The position numbers were made by a program, and so were the translations under genes. From the NCBI RefSeq assembly GCF_036365525.1, contig NC_090404.1, positions 7,812,001 to 7,876,000 on the forward strand: 64,000 nt of DNA, written 5' to 3'. Positions 1-13,435 of the stretch are shown one piece after another (position 1 is the first letter of the stretch; each line of letters starts with the position of its first letter). Under the pieces are notes generated by a model that searched no databases, was not told where the DNA came from, and worked only from the letters and a program-made list of their open reading frames with translations. The stretch is from Heterodontus francisci. Lineage: Eukaryota.

Positions 1-409
1 AGATCAACACATACATATTCACAGGAATTGAGCCACTTTGCTCTATTGCTGATATTTATGCGCACAAATCGGCCACATTCATCTAACATTAGCTGCACTT
101 TAAATATTTTGCGACCTCCTGCAGAGAGTGATGAGATGGTATATCAACACAAGTTGTATTACTGTACTTAGTCTCACCTTTATCTGTCGCCCTCTATTGG
201 TGTCTCTCTTTATCACTGTGCTGAGTCTCACTTTTATCTATCTCTCTGTTGTTATCTCCGTGCATCACTCACTGTACTCAGTTTCATATTTATCTAACCC
301 CCTCTGTTGGTGTCTCTCTGTATCGCACATTTTACTCAGTGTCACCTTTATTGATGTTCCTCATTTGGCAGCACTCTCTACGTGTTAAGACAGACACAGG
401 ATCTATGGA

Positions 410-1020
410 GGAGGGACTCATTCAGCTGCTCAGCTCCAGTGATCGAATATTCAACCACTGAGAGCAGACAGGCACTGAACTGATGCACCGTGGGTGCGAG
501 GTGATGGGGGGCGGGGGTGCTCACTCAGCCTTCTGCGCAGGACAATTGCTCAGGTATTCAATCAGAGATAGGATAGGCCCACTGAGGAGATTCTCACTTA
601 CCTCCACATGCAAAAATCTCAGATCGCTAATGATTAAGACCAGGCAGGCACGACGTTGATCCACTGCCCCGAGCCTCACTCATCTGCACAGGGACACTGA
701 TCAAAACTTTAACGATTGAGAGCAGACATGCTCTGAGCTGATGTACAGAGAGGGCAGCATTCACCCACCTGCACAGATACATTGCTCGTATCGTTAACCA
801 TTGATTATAAAGAGACAGTGAGCTGATCTACTGTGGGCAAACTCAGCCATCTGCATAGATACATTGTTAAGATTTTTTTTACCATTGAATACAGACAGTA
901 TCTGGGTTGATGCACAGAGAGGGGCTTGCTCATCTGCATCGGAATTATGCTCAGATTTTAAAGTCTGAGTACTTCCACCGTTGGGGTCACACTCACTCCC
1001 ACTGGTACATTGCTCAGATC
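410..1020. repeat. Degenerate ~82-85-bp tandem repeat rich in E-boxes (CATCTG/CACCTG/CAGCTG)
   Basis: Recurring 'ctcactca(t/c)ctgcacag...aaccattga...agacag...ctgagctgatgcac'. Paralogs at ~9120-9720, ~29835-30500 and ~47040-47650. Confidence 0.7.
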
Positions 1021-2612
1021 CATCTTTCATTTTACGATTTCATGGTTTTAACTCGCTGTTTAATTTTCTGCTCCCTGTCTAGGGCATTTTTAACCTCCAT
1101 TTGTCCCCATATTTCTGTTTTTCCCCTTTAGCTCGTTTCTCCCCATTTCCAGAATTCCATTCAGTATCCCCAGAGGCTGCCATTGGCATAAACATATGGA
1201 AACAATCATTTCAAAGAGATGTTGAAAAAACAGACAGGTAAGAGAAAATAACAAAGAACAGGTTAAAATTAAACAAATATTTGCATGAAATAGCATAATT
1301 CAAGTGATTGAATGAAAGGAAGATCTGATCAATGACCCTGTGCAGCTGATTTCAATTTACCGTGTAGATTTGCAATCTTAACATTTTGATCCATGCAGAC
1401 AAGAACTCTGTCCCGTTCCAGCTGGGTTACATGGATGGTATCCAACTGGCAGCTAGCTGAACCAACATCTGTAAACCACGAGGAAGAGGAGTTTCCTCTG
1501 TGGATCAGCTCAGTGTGTCTTCATGCTCAGTTGTCAGAAGATGATCCCATATCACAGCTTTAGACTCAGTTTCCAGTGGCAGAGAGCTTACAGAGGTCCA
1601 GGAAGGAACTGTTCGGGACGCTTGCACAGGGAAGAAGCCACCGCCCATCACCACCCTGGATACACACAATTCCTCTTGGGCTCTTCCACACCTGGGGCAG
1701 GGGTCTGTGATGCAGAAAGCTGTGACGTGGTAGGTGAGGGGCTCTGGACTGGCAGAGTCACTGACCTGCAGTCAGGTTGATAACTGTCTCTGTATCGTGA
1801 AACGTCCTGACTGTGCACAGATACTGAAAAGTGTATTGTACTGAATTGTAGGACTGGAGATTATAAAAACAGGCATGGTATGGTGAATTAATAACTGAGA
1901 TAGGGCCTAACGTGTTGTAAAAAGAAAGAGTATAGTGTAGTATAAACAGAGGCAAAGTCGAGCGTAATATAAAGAGAGAGATGGCCTCGTGTAACATAAA
2001 CAGAGGCATAGCCTAGTGCAGTAATTAGTGAGACAGGGACTCATGAAATATGAACAGAGATCTATTCGAGTGCATTTTAACTGAGACAATGTCTAGAGTA
2101 ATATAAACAGAGACATGGTCTAGTTCAGTCATAAATGACGCACGGCCTGTTCTAAAATAAACAGAGAATAAACATTAATAACTGAAACCGACCCAAGGGT
2201 GACCCATGAGTGAACGATACTTCTGATGGTGCGGATGGAGTTCACACTTCTTACAAATCATCTTAAACCTGATTGTGACGACATTAATAGAATGGTTGTT
2301 AGAATCTATGGATCCGACTGGAATCTGTATGTTGTTACCTGGCGACCATCGAGTGATGTGGGGGACATGCTGGAGAAACCGCTCCCCAGAGGACAGGTGA
2401 ACTCATCAATTTAATACGAGTGGGTTCTAGGAACACAGTAAGATTTGAAACCACGGAATTTCTGATAGCAAAATCCCAGACCTTCCAGTGGGTGAAGTTA
2501 TCTCCAGGATCCTTAGCTCAGCAGTTAATGGCCGACTCTGCGTGTGAAGTGTATAATACTGGCAGAGATCAGCTTTTGCGGACAGTTGCTGCAGGGTGAT
2601 TACTGCGGGTTT

Positions 2613-2627
2613 GCTGCCATCTGGTGG
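2613..2627 (-). promoter_or_regulatory. CTCF-consensus site
   Basis: Reverse complement CCACCAGATGGCAGC matches the CTCF core CCASYAGRKGGCRS. Conserved at 7385 and 31965. Confidence 0.6.
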
Positions 2628-2689
2628 AATAAATCAGTAATTCTCCACAACAATTTTTCTTTCAATCCGCGAATTTTCGTTTTGGTGTT

Positions 2690-5320
2690 CATCGAGTCAT
2701 AAAGTCATACAGCACAGAAATAGATCCTTCGGTCCATCGTGTCCGCGCCGGCCATCAATTCTAATCCCATTTTCCAGCACATGGCCCGTAGCCTTGTATG
2801 CTGTGGCGTTTCAAGTGCTCATCTAAATACTTCTTAAATGTTGTTCGGGTTCCTGCCTCTACCACCCCTTCAGGCAATGTGTTCCAGATTCAAACCACCC
2901 TCCGGTGAAAAAAGTTTTCCTCAAATCCTCGAAACCTCCTGCAGCTTACCTTAAATCTGTGCCCCGTAGTTATAGAAGCATGGAAAATAGGAGCAGGAGT
3001 AGGCCATTCGTCCCTTCGAGCCTGCTCTGCCTTTCATTATGATCATAGCTAATTATCCAACTTAGTGACCTGTTCTCGCATCACCCCCCCCCCTCTCCAC
3101 TGACCCCCCTCCCCCTATATCCTTTGATCCCTCTCGCCACAAGAGCTATATCTAACTCCTTCTTGAAAACATACAATGTTTTGGCCTCAACTGCTTTCTG
3201 TGGCAGCGAGTTCCACAGGCTCACCACTGTCTGGGTGAAGTAATTTCTCCTCATCTCAGTCCTGAAAGGTTTACCCCGTATCCTTAGACTATGAGTCCTG
3301 GTTCTGGACTCCCCCACCATCGGGAACATCCTTCCTGCATCTACCCTGTAAAGTCCTAATAACATTTTATAGGTTTCTATGAGATCCCCCGTCACTCTTC
3401 TGAACTCCAGCGAATATCCTCCTAACCAACTGAATCTCTCCTCATACGTCAGTCCCACCATCCAGGAATCAGTCTGGTAAACCTTCGCTGAACTCCCTCT
3501 ATAGCAAGAACATCCTTCCTCAGAAAAGGAGACCAAAACTGCACACAATATTCCAGATGTGGTCACACTAAGGCCCTGTATATTTGCAGCAAGACATCCC
3601 TGCTCCAGTACGCGAATCCTCTCGCTATGAAGACCAACATACCATTTGCCTTTTTTTACCGCCTGTTTCACCTGCATGCTTACCTTCAGCGATCGGTGTA
3701 CGACAACACCCAGGTCTCGTTGCATATTCCTCTCTCTCAGTTTATCGCCATTCAGATAATAATCTGCTTTCCTGTTTTTGCTACCAAGGTGGATAACCTC
3801 ACATTTATCCACATTATATTGCATCTGCCATGCATTTTCCACTCACTCAACTTGTCCAAATTACTCTGAAGCCTCTCTGCATCTTCCTCACAACTCACCC
3901 TCCCACCCAGTTTTGTGTCATCTGCAAATTTGGAATATTACATTTAGTTCTCCCATCTAAATCATTAATATATATTGTGAAAAGCTGCGGTCCTAGAACC
4001 GATCCCTGTGGTACCCCAGTAGTCACTTCCTGCCATTCGGAAAAAGACCCGTTTATTCCTACTCTTTGTTTCCTGTCTGCCAACCAATTTTCTATCCATC
4101 GCAATACATTACCCCCAATCCCATGCGCTTTAATTTCACACGCTAATCTATTATGTGAGACTTTGTCGAAAGCCTTCAGAAGGTCCAAATAAACCACATC
4201 CACAGGCTCCCCCTCATCAACTCTACTAGTTACATCCTCGAAGAATTCTAGTAGATTTGTCAAGCATGATTTCCCTTTCATAACTCCATGCTGACGCTCT
4301 CTGATTCTGTCACTGTTCTCCGAGTGCTCTACTATTACATGTTTTATAATGAACTCGAAGAATTTTCCCCACTACTGACGTCAGTCAGACTGGTGTATAA
4401 TTCCCTGTTTTCTCTCTACCTCCATTTTTAAATAGTGGGGTTACATTAGCTACCTTCCAATCTATAGGAACTGTTCCAGAGTCTACAGAATCTTGGAAGA
4501 TGACCACCAATGCATCCATTATTTCTCGGGCCACTTCCTTAAGTACTCTGGGATGTAGAGCATCAGGCCCAGGGGATTTATCGGCCTTCAATCCCATCAA
4601 TTTCCCCAACACCATTTCTCGACTAATACTGATTTCCTTCAGTTCCTCCCTCTCACTAAACCCTGTGTTCCCCAACATTTCTGGCATGATATTTGCCTCC
4701 TTCTTTGTGAAGACAGAACCAAAGTATGCATTTAGTTGGTCAGCCATTTCTTTGTTCCCCATCATAAATTCCCCTGTTTCTGACTGTAAGGGACCTACAT
4801 TTGTCTTCACCAATCTCTTTCTCTTCACATACCTATAGAAACTTTTACAGTCAGTTTTTATGTTCCCTGCAAGCTTACGCTCATACTCCATTTTTCCCTT
4901 CTTAATCAATCCCTTGGTCCTCATATGCTGAATTCTACACTGCTCCCAATCCTCAGGTCTGTTGTTTTTTCTGGCGAATTTGCCTGCCTCTTCCTTGGAT
5001 CTAATGCTATCTCTAATTTCCCTTTTAAGCCATGGTTTGCTACCTTTCCCGTTTTACTTTTGCGCCAGACAGGAATAAACAATTGTTGCAGTTCATCCAT
5101 GCGCTCTTTGAATGTTTGCCATTGCCTATCCACCATCATCCCTATAAGTAACGTTTCCCAATCCATCAAAGCCAGCTCGCGCCTCATACCTTCGTAGTTT
5201 CCTTAATTATGATTCAGGACCCTAGTCTCAGGATCAACGACGTCACTCTCCATCTTGATGATGCATTCTATCATATTATGGTCGCTCATTCCCAAGGGGT
5301 CTTGCACGACTAGATTGTGA
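2690..5320 (-). mobile_element. CR1-type LINE fragments (ORF2 reverse transcriptase, frameshifted)
   Basis: ORFs 3081-5187 with [24 protein letters not shown] and WQMQYNVDKCEVIHLG motifs; CR1-like 3' ends near 2690 and 2972. Confidence 0.9.
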
Positions 5321-6845
5321 CTCATGCAATGGAACATCTCGATCCTCTGCATCCTGCAATTCTGCAGTAGTTCTCCATTTAAGTTATCCTCTGCTTTTTT
5401 ATTTTTCCTGCCAAAGTGAAGAACTTAAGCTTTTCCCACATTATACTCCATCTGCCAGATTATTGTCCACTCACTCAACTAATCTCTATCGGTCTGCAAC
5501 CTTCTCATGTCCTCTTCACAACATACTTTACCACATATCTTTGTGTCATCTACAAATTTAGCGACCATGCCGCTGCTTCCCTCATCTAAGTCAGTGAGAT
5601 AAATTTTGAGAAGTTGAGGTCCCAGCACAGACGCCTGTGGGACTCCATTCATCACATCCTGGCAATCAGAAAAGGACCCATTTTTGCATACTCTCTGTTT
5701 TCTGCCAGCTGCCCAATCTTCTCTCCATGCTGATATGTTACCCATTACACCGGGAGCTCCTACATTACGTAATAACCTTTTATGTGGCACCTTGTAAAAT
5801 GCCTTCTTGAAATCCAAGTACCGAACGTCAACAGGCTCCCCCTTATCAACACACATGTTACTGCTTCAAAAAACTTAAATAAATTAGGTAAACATGATCT
5901 CCCTTTCACAAATCCATTCTGACTATTCCCTTGATATTTTCTAAGTACCCAGATATAGCCTCCTTAATGATCGATCTAACACCTTCCCCACAACGGAGGT
6001 CAAGCTAACTGGCCTAGAGTTATCTTTTTTCTGCCTCTCCTCATTCTTAAATAGAGGACTTATATTTACTAATTTCATGTCTATGGAACCTTTCAAGAAT
6101 TTCGTGATTTTTGAACAATTAACACCAACGCATCTATCGCCTCATTAGTCCCTTATTTTAAGACCCTAGGATGAAGCCCATGAGGACCCGAGAATTTGTC
6201 AGCCACAGCTCCATCAGTTTTACGGTACCACTTGTCTCATGATTGGCATTTCAACAAGTTCATCTCTTCCTTCCACCTCCTGATTGACAGCTGTTACTGG
6301 AAAGTATTTTTCATCCTCCATAGTGAAGACAGAGGCAAAATATTTGTTCATTTCATCCACCATTTCCTTACTATCTGCTATTAACTGCCCATTCTCACTC
6401 TCCAGAGGATTAGCACTCACTTTACTTACTCTTTTCCTTTTTAAATACCTGTAGAAATCTTTGCTATTCGTTTTTACATTTCTAGCTCGCTTCCTCTCAT
6501 ACTGTAATTTATTTCTCCTGGCTAACCTTTTAATCATTCCCTGCCGTTCTTTATATTCGGATGAATCATCTGACCTGCCATTCATTTCTGCGAAATTATC
6601 TGCCTTTTTCTTACGTTTGTCGCTTTCCTTCGCTCTTAGTTAACCACGGATAGTGGGTCCTCCCATTAGAATTTTTCTTTATATTGGGAATAGACTTACT
6701 CTGAGTATTCTGAAATTTCCCCTTGAATGTCTGCCACTGCTTCTCCATTGATCTATCTCCTAGCCTAGTAACCCAGTTCACTTCAGCTAGATCAGCTTTC
6801 ATGCCCACATCGTTGTCCTTATTTAAGCTTAAAATACTAGTCACT
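5321..6845 (-). mobile_element. Older CR1-type LINE fragment (paralog of 43346-45540)
   Basis: ORF 5479-5856 contains DFKKAFYKVPH, GVPQASVLGP and KFVDDTK. Confidence 0.85.
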
Positions 6846-7384
6846 TCTCAATCTGAAAGACACTTACACATATTAACACAAAGAATCGACAATGTAATCA
6901 GTTTGCAAGAGGTCATTTTCAGGACAGGATTAGAAGCTGATGAACAATAATTAATGGACTAATAATCTGTAAGGACAGATGTTATGCGTCTGGGTTCGGG
7001 GCCAGATGGTCAGAAGAACGACTGAATACAAAATGCTAGCAGAAAATGTATCAGAGATGCTGCGATAGTGAGTGGCAAACCGTGAATAGGACATTGTACA
7101 AAGACCAGAACACGGCACACAGACTCAATAAAGAGAATAGTGTCAATCAATTACCGTGGTAATATTATTAAAAATAACCTGAACACATTGACATGTTATC
7201 ACAATAGCAAGATTTGATTAAGAATTTAAAATATGCAGCACATAAAAGCTCAAACAAGTGAAAGAAACGAGCTTGAGATGTTTTCGGAACAAGATATTAA
7301 CGCTGCTCCCAATGGGATTGTGTAACTCCTAAACAAAAGATCCATAATTAAGGGAAAATTGCTGGGAGGAAATGTTGATTTAGT

Positions 7385-7399
7385 CCACCAGATGGCAGC
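7385..7399 (+). promoter_or_regulatory. CTCF-consensus site ~5.25 kb upstream of the NAR-TCR leader at 12635
   Basis: CCACCAGATGGCAGC on the + strand. Confidence 0.6.
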
Positions 7400-7899
7400 A
7401 AAGCCGCTGTAATCACCCTGCAGCATCTGTCTGTAAACGCTGATCTCTGCCAGTATAATACAGGTTGCAGACAGAGTTGCCCATTAAATGCTGATCTCAG
7501 GTGCTTGGAGAGAGCTTCACCCACTGGCAAATCTGGGACTTGTCTATCAGCAACTCCGTGGTTTCACATTTTACTGTGCTCCTAGAAACCACCCGATTAA
7601 ATTGATGAATTCACCTGTCCTGAGTGGAGCGGATTCTCCAGCCTGTTTCTGTCTCACTCGATGGCCCCTAGGTTAGCAAAAAGAAAATACAGATTCCGAT
7701 CATTTCTACAAATTCTGTCCCATTCTGTCAATACTTTCACAATCCGATTTAAGATGATCTGGTGAGCAGTGTGAAATCTATCTTTTACCCAGTTAATTTC
7801 ACCCTTGTGTCGGTCTCAGTTATTAATACATCAAGCATTATCTCTGCTTATTCTACACTAGGCGGTACGTCAAATATTGCTGAACTAGACTGTTTAAAG

Positions 7900-8340
7900 T
7901 TTAAACCTGTTTAAATTAAACTAGGCCCGGTCTGACTATTTAGGGCACTACGTCATGTCTCTGTTTTTATTATACTATACGATGTCTCTGTTTATGGGAC
8001 ACTCGATCCTTTCTCTCTTTATATTATACTGGACCCTGTCACATTTATTACTGCATTCTACCATCTCTTTGTGTTTATTACACTAGACCCTATTTCAGCT
8101 ATTATTGCACTAGACCATGTCTGTTTATATTGCACTAGGCCCTGTCTCAGTTATTAGTGCACGAGACCATGTCTCTGTTTGCATCACACTAGGCCTTGCC
8201 TCAGTTATTAATGCACAAGATCATGCCTCTCATTATATTACACTATGAATGGCTTAGTTATCACTATACTAGGCCACGCATATCTTTATATTACATTGGA
8301 CCCATTCTCTTTATAACATATTAGGTCCTATCTCAGTAAC
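7900..8340. repeat. Degenerate ~29-30-bp tandem repeat in the cassette flank
   Basis: Recurring 'gtctctgtttatatt(a/g)cactag(a/g)cc'. Inverted copies at ~1870-2170 and ~31240-31520, and a direct copy at ~46010-46230. Confidence 0.6.
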
Positions 8341-9119
8341 TAATTCACAAAAACATGCCTCTCTTTATACTCCGCTGTCCTATATTTTGCAATACCTGTG
8401 CAGTAAGACAGAGAGTTTGAAAGAAGAGACTTTTGTCAACGCGACTGCAGATCAGTGACTCTGACTTCACCTAATATAGCAGAGGCTTCTCACTCAAAGC
8501 CCGCTCTGCCCAGTCCAGAGCCCCTCACCTACCAAGTAACAGCTTACTGCCACACTGACCCAGCTCCCCAGGTATGGAAGTGTGCAAGGCGTTTTGTCTG
8601 TATCCAGGGTGCTGGTGGAGGTGATTGGGTAGGCTGTGGTTTCTGCCCTGTGCCAATGTCCTGAACGGTTCTTTCCTGAGCCTCGGTGAGCCCTCTGCCG
8701 CTGGAACCTGAGTCTAACGTCTATTATGTGGTGATCATCTTTTAACCATTGAGCATAGACAGTCACTGACTGATACACTGTGGGAGCCCGCACTCACCTG
8801 CACATGGACATTGATCTGATCTTCCTTTTATTAATTCACTTGAATTGTGCAATTTCATTTGTACAATAATTTTATTTTAACCTGTTCTTTGTTTTCCTGT
8901 TACCTGTCTGTTTTATTTTCAACCAGTCTTTCAAATTATTTTCCCATCTGTTTGTGGCAAAGGGGCTGTCTGAAGATTGAGAAGGGAATTGGGGAGATGG
9001 GGAGAAAGCAGCAAAAGGAAAAGGCAGAAAGATGGGGATAAATAGAGGTGAAAAATCTCTAGACATGGAGCAGAAAATTAATCAACGACTTAATGTTATG
9101 AAATCTTACAATGAAAGGA

Positions 9120-9720
9120 AGGTCTGAGCAATGTGCCAGTGTAAGTGAGTGAGGCCCATACAGCCGATCAATCCTCAATGTTTAAAATCACTTGTGCAGG
9201 TGAATGAGGCTCCCGCTGTGCATCAACTCAGATATTGTCTGAATTGAATGGTTAAAAATCTTAACAATGGAACTGTGCAGATGAGCGAGGCTCCCCGAGG
9301 TATATCAACCCAGTATCTCTCCATATTCAATGGTTAACGTTATGAACAATCTACCTGTACAGGTGGGTGAGTGCGGCCCCCTATCTGCATCAGCTCAGTG
9401 CATGTCTGTTATCAATCTTTCAAGTTCTGATCAATGTCCCTGTATAGATGAGTCAGGCTTCAAACGGTGGATCAGCTCAGTGCCTGTCTGATCTCAATGA
9501 TTGGAATTATGAGGTTTTTACCTGTGGAGGTGAGGGAAGCTCCTCTCAATGGAAGAGCCCTATTCCAGTCTGGTCTCAATGATTGAAGACATTTGCAATT
9601 TCCTGTGCAGATGGATGAGTGAGGCACCCCAAGGCGCACCAGCGCAGTGTCTGTCTGGTCTCAAAGGTTAAAAATTTGCTCAATGGAGCTGTGCAGCTGA
9701 GTGACTCCCTCCTCCATAGA
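9120..9720. repeat. Degenerate ~82-85-bp E-box-rich tandem repeat (inverted copy)
   Basis: Recurring 'tgtgcag(a/g)tgagtgagg...gcatcagctcag...tcaatggttaa'. Confidence 0.7.
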
Positions 9721-12084
9721 TCAGCCCTGTTCCTGTCTGGTTCCTTTGAGAGAGCTGCCAAATGAGGAACGTAGATAAAGGTGTGACTGAGTACAGTGAT
9801 GCAGAGAGACACCAACAAAGGGAGATAGATAAAGGTGAGACTTAATACAGTGAGTGTTACAGAGAGACACGAAGAGAGTGAGGTAGATAAAGGTAAGACT
9901 GAGTACGGTGTGTCATACAGAAAGATGCTAACAGAGGGAGATAGATGAAGGAGAGACTGAGTACAGTGGTACAAAGAGATATAAACAGAGGGAGATAGAT
10001 ATATGTGAGACTTAGTAGAATGAATGAAACAGAGGGACACGATGAGAGCGAGGCAGATAAAGGTGAGATGAATGTGGCCAATTTGCACACATAAATATCA
10101 ACAATAGAGCCCAGCTGTCAATTCCAGTTGATATATTTTTGCTGTTCTCGGTTAAAGGGAACAATGTTGACCAGGACACAATCTGGGGCCATGGGAGCTT
10201 TAATATCCACCTCAACAGAGAAGGGGTGGGGTAGAGATTATTGATTCAGATTGTCCCCGCAAAGATAGTGCCGTTTCAGCACCGCACTAATTGGATGGCC
10301 GGGGTAAAATACTTAGGTTCTGAATCTGAGGTGAAATCCACAATCTACTGATTCTGAAATTACAGTCGAGTCGCTTTGCCAAAGCTGCTACTAAAATGCT
10401 TAATATGTTCAGGTGACATTTTATATAATCAGTTTTACTGTAACATAATATAACGTTGTTACTGTTACGCTGTCATATCTTAATGTCACCAATAGCAACT
10501 TCAGGAATGCAATTACAAAACTGTTGATGGATGCAATTGAAATTCATTGCGTCGTGGATTTTGACAGCACAGAAGGAGGCCATTCGGCCTATCGTGCCGG
10601 CTCTTTGAAAGAGCTATCCAGACAGGTCCACTCTCCAGTCCTTCTCCAAAGCTTTGAAAATCTTTCCTTTTCCAGTAATTATCAAATTTCCGTTTGAAAA
10701 TTACTATGGAATCTGCTTCCACCGCCCCTTCAGGTAATTCATTCCAGCTCATATCAACTCGCTGAACAAAAGAAATCTCCTCATCTTACCCCCACGCCCA
10801 CCTTCTTCCTTTACCAATTATCTTCAATCTGCGCCTTGACATCCTCCCTGAAGTATGGATTGAAATAAACTCAATCATTATTTCTCCTTCAGATTATTTT
10901 TAAGGATTTGTGATCTCTTAAGATTGGCCTGTGCAGTAATCTGAGCATTGTTAATATGGAGGACAATAGTGCAGCCAGTGCTTTATGTGCTCGGCAGCAT
11001 TGGCATCTGCACGATTCATGTTTCAATAAGGTCAACAGCGTTAGGTGATGAGGGCAACATTCGTTACGTTAAAGGTGCTACATAAATACAAGTTGTTGTT
11101 GCCGCAGACATAAGAAAAACATTTTTATGCAACGGAATTTTATGCTTTGGAATACACTGCCTGACGGCTCAGTGTGAGCAGATTCAATGGTTACATTCAA
11201 AAGCAAAAGGGAATTGAATAAATACTCGATGTGCAAAAAATATGCATCAGTCAGACAGTTGCTGTGTGCTGTTTTAAGTTTAAAGTTGTTCTGCTAAAGC
11301 CGAAAGAGTAAGACATCGGTTGACAGTAGGGCGCCTCGGCAGCCTATCAGGTGGTACTGTGAGGTCGATGAAACCATAGATCATGTTTGTGTGTGCATAT
11401 ACATATATATATTTGGCTGGGGAGGCAGTTATCACTCAATGTCGAGGTTAACAACCCATACAACGGTTTCAGCTGATGCAGTGGGAATGATTGTGATGCG
11501 ACCAGGAATGGACCTCTCAGTGCAAGAGTTCAATATGAAAGCGATCGTTTGACTTGGGCGGGAACAGTTACAATTGAGCTTTTGCTCATGTTTGTGTGAC
11601 GTAAGGTTGGAAATCTTTGTGTGACGTATCTTGGTCCTGAAGACCCCTTTTGTACTTGCTGCCCTTTCTGTGCCTGCCTGAAATATTGAGCAGGCCTTTC
11701 CCCATCTGCCCTGCCAGTTTCTCGGAGCCTCAGACCGCGGCCTGGTCGCAGGGTTTATTTGATCAGAGTGTGGTGCTGGCTCCGAGACAGTTTACACACA
11801 ATGAACAGATTTCACAAGCTGGTGACTGTGATCTCTAAAACAAGTCCCAAGCACAAAGTTCCCCCAATTATCCTTCCCAGTGTCGCCTCCTTTTCTGTCA
11901 CTGCGACTGGAAACATCATTTTAAATGCAGACCACAGAAGGGGAGGGTACAGGAAGCACGTGTTTAACTGACAGGGCGTGTTTACCCTTTGTGTACATTG
12001 TGTATATCTGCCTGGATATTGACAATGTCACTGGACTGTCTGATATTGTAACTTGATCCTCAGTTACTGGATTGAGGGAAGCTG

Positions 12085-12290
12085 CCGGGTCAGAGGCTCT
12101 GTCATTCAGATCAGACTTTTAACCGAGGCCGCGCCAGCTCGTTCAGGGAGATGTTAAGTAATCCCTGGCACTATTGGAATAAGAGAGGGGAGGGGGGATT
12201 CTCCTAGTGGCCTGGGCCCACATTCCACCCTCAACAAACACCACCCAATAAAAACACAGGGATCGACCTCCCAGCTCATTACTGTGGGGG
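12085..12290 (+). mobile_element. SINE remnant with Deu-domain-like core upstream of the NAR-TCR promoter
   Basis: 'cagatcagacttttaaccgaggcc...cagggagatgttaagtaatccctggcactattggaataagag...cctgggcccacattccaccctcaacaaacacc' resembles the DeuSINE core from memory. Paralogs at ~27170-27375 (-) and ~49160-49345 (+). Confidence 0.55.
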
Positions 12291-12634
12291 AAAGGATGGC
12301 GGCAGCCTCTACTGACAGAACAACTCCCCCAGCCCCACCCCCTGTACATCAGACTAATGTGGGAGGCGATTTCACATCGGGCTCACAGACCCAATGAAGC
12401 GACAGAAAATTGCAGGTTCCCTCGTTAAACCTGCTGCTTATGCACACAACACACAGTCAGAAACCCGGAACCGTGCGGCCCATCAGTGTTCTCCGGTACA
12501 CTGCCCTCTGCAAATCAATTTGACTTCTCCTAAAGTATTTCAGTCCAGCTCTGAGGTCCAGTCTCCCAGAGCAGTCCAGGGCTGCAGTCTCCAGCTCCCC
12601 GTCTTATAAACCATCAGCTCCAGGCAGGAGAACG

Positions 12635-13064
12635 ATGGGAATCCTCCTTGTTTTCACCCTGTGTGTCTGTTTACCCCGTGAATACCGATCAAACAAACCG
12701 ACATTGTGTGGATTTAATCTGAAGCTGCCCGAGTCCTTCTGAATTACAGATACTGTCTGGGGTTTGAGTCTCGTTGTGTGGTTCGGCACTGATGGCCCAT
12801 TAAACTCTCTCTGTTTAATTTCCAGGCTCTTTCAGTCAGTCAGTGACACAGACCCCGGCAGCGGTGACCAGGAAGGAGTGTCAGTCTCTCACCATCACCT
12901 GTGTTTACTTTGGTCATAATCACTTTGAAAATGGATATTTCTTCAGACAGTCCCAGATCGGGAGAGAGTGGGAGCGGAACTCCAGAGGAGGGCGATTTGT
13001 TGAGTCAATGAATAAGGCAGAAAAGACATTTTCGCTGAAATTTCGAGATGTGAGAATTGAAGAC
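12635..13064 (+). pseudogene. NAR-TCR V pseudogene (leader 12635-12677; V exon 12826-13064, 3'-truncated; D and J deleted)
   Basis: Leader MGILLVFTLCVCLP with donor gtgaat and TATAAA ~30 bp upstream. Acceptor ttccag. V reads SFSQSVTQTPAAVTRKECQSLTITCVYFGHNHFENGYFFRQ...FSLKFRDVRIED, then jumps to sequence matching the post-J intron (~51232). No YYC or RSS. Confidence 0.9.
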
Positions 13065-13435
13065 AGATTGGGGAGAAAGTGGGGGCGGATCTATGCTGGA
13101 CAGATTGTTTCAACAGGGTGCTCGGGGAATCCTATCAACATCCCGGACTCTCTCTCTGTCTCTCTCTCTAATTATTGATTGATTTCAACAAAATGAGCAG
13201 ATTGTTGATAAACCAACCTCCATTCCTGGTGTTAACAGTGACTGGCCCTGTGAGCACAGAGCAGGGTCACAGATCTTTCTCCTGGGCAGGAGATTGCAGT
13301 CCAAGCCCGGCAATGTGAAAGAGGTACCCGGAGGGTGAACACATCAGGGGCCAGTGTGATATCTGCAGCGGCCCATTCGACACCTGCAGCAGCAGAAAAA
13401 TGGCAGCACAGCACGCCGGCTTTAGGGACGGAGAT

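Larger units (their letters stand above)
1..2690 (-). repeat. Copy of the NAR-TCR cassette 5' flank (direct paralog of ~29425-32050; inverted paralog of ~7350-10150)
   Basis: Position 1 'agatcaacacatacatattcacaggaattgagccac' recurs at ~29424. Colinear similarity continues through the ~82-bp repeats and the CTCF-like site. Confidence 0.85.
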
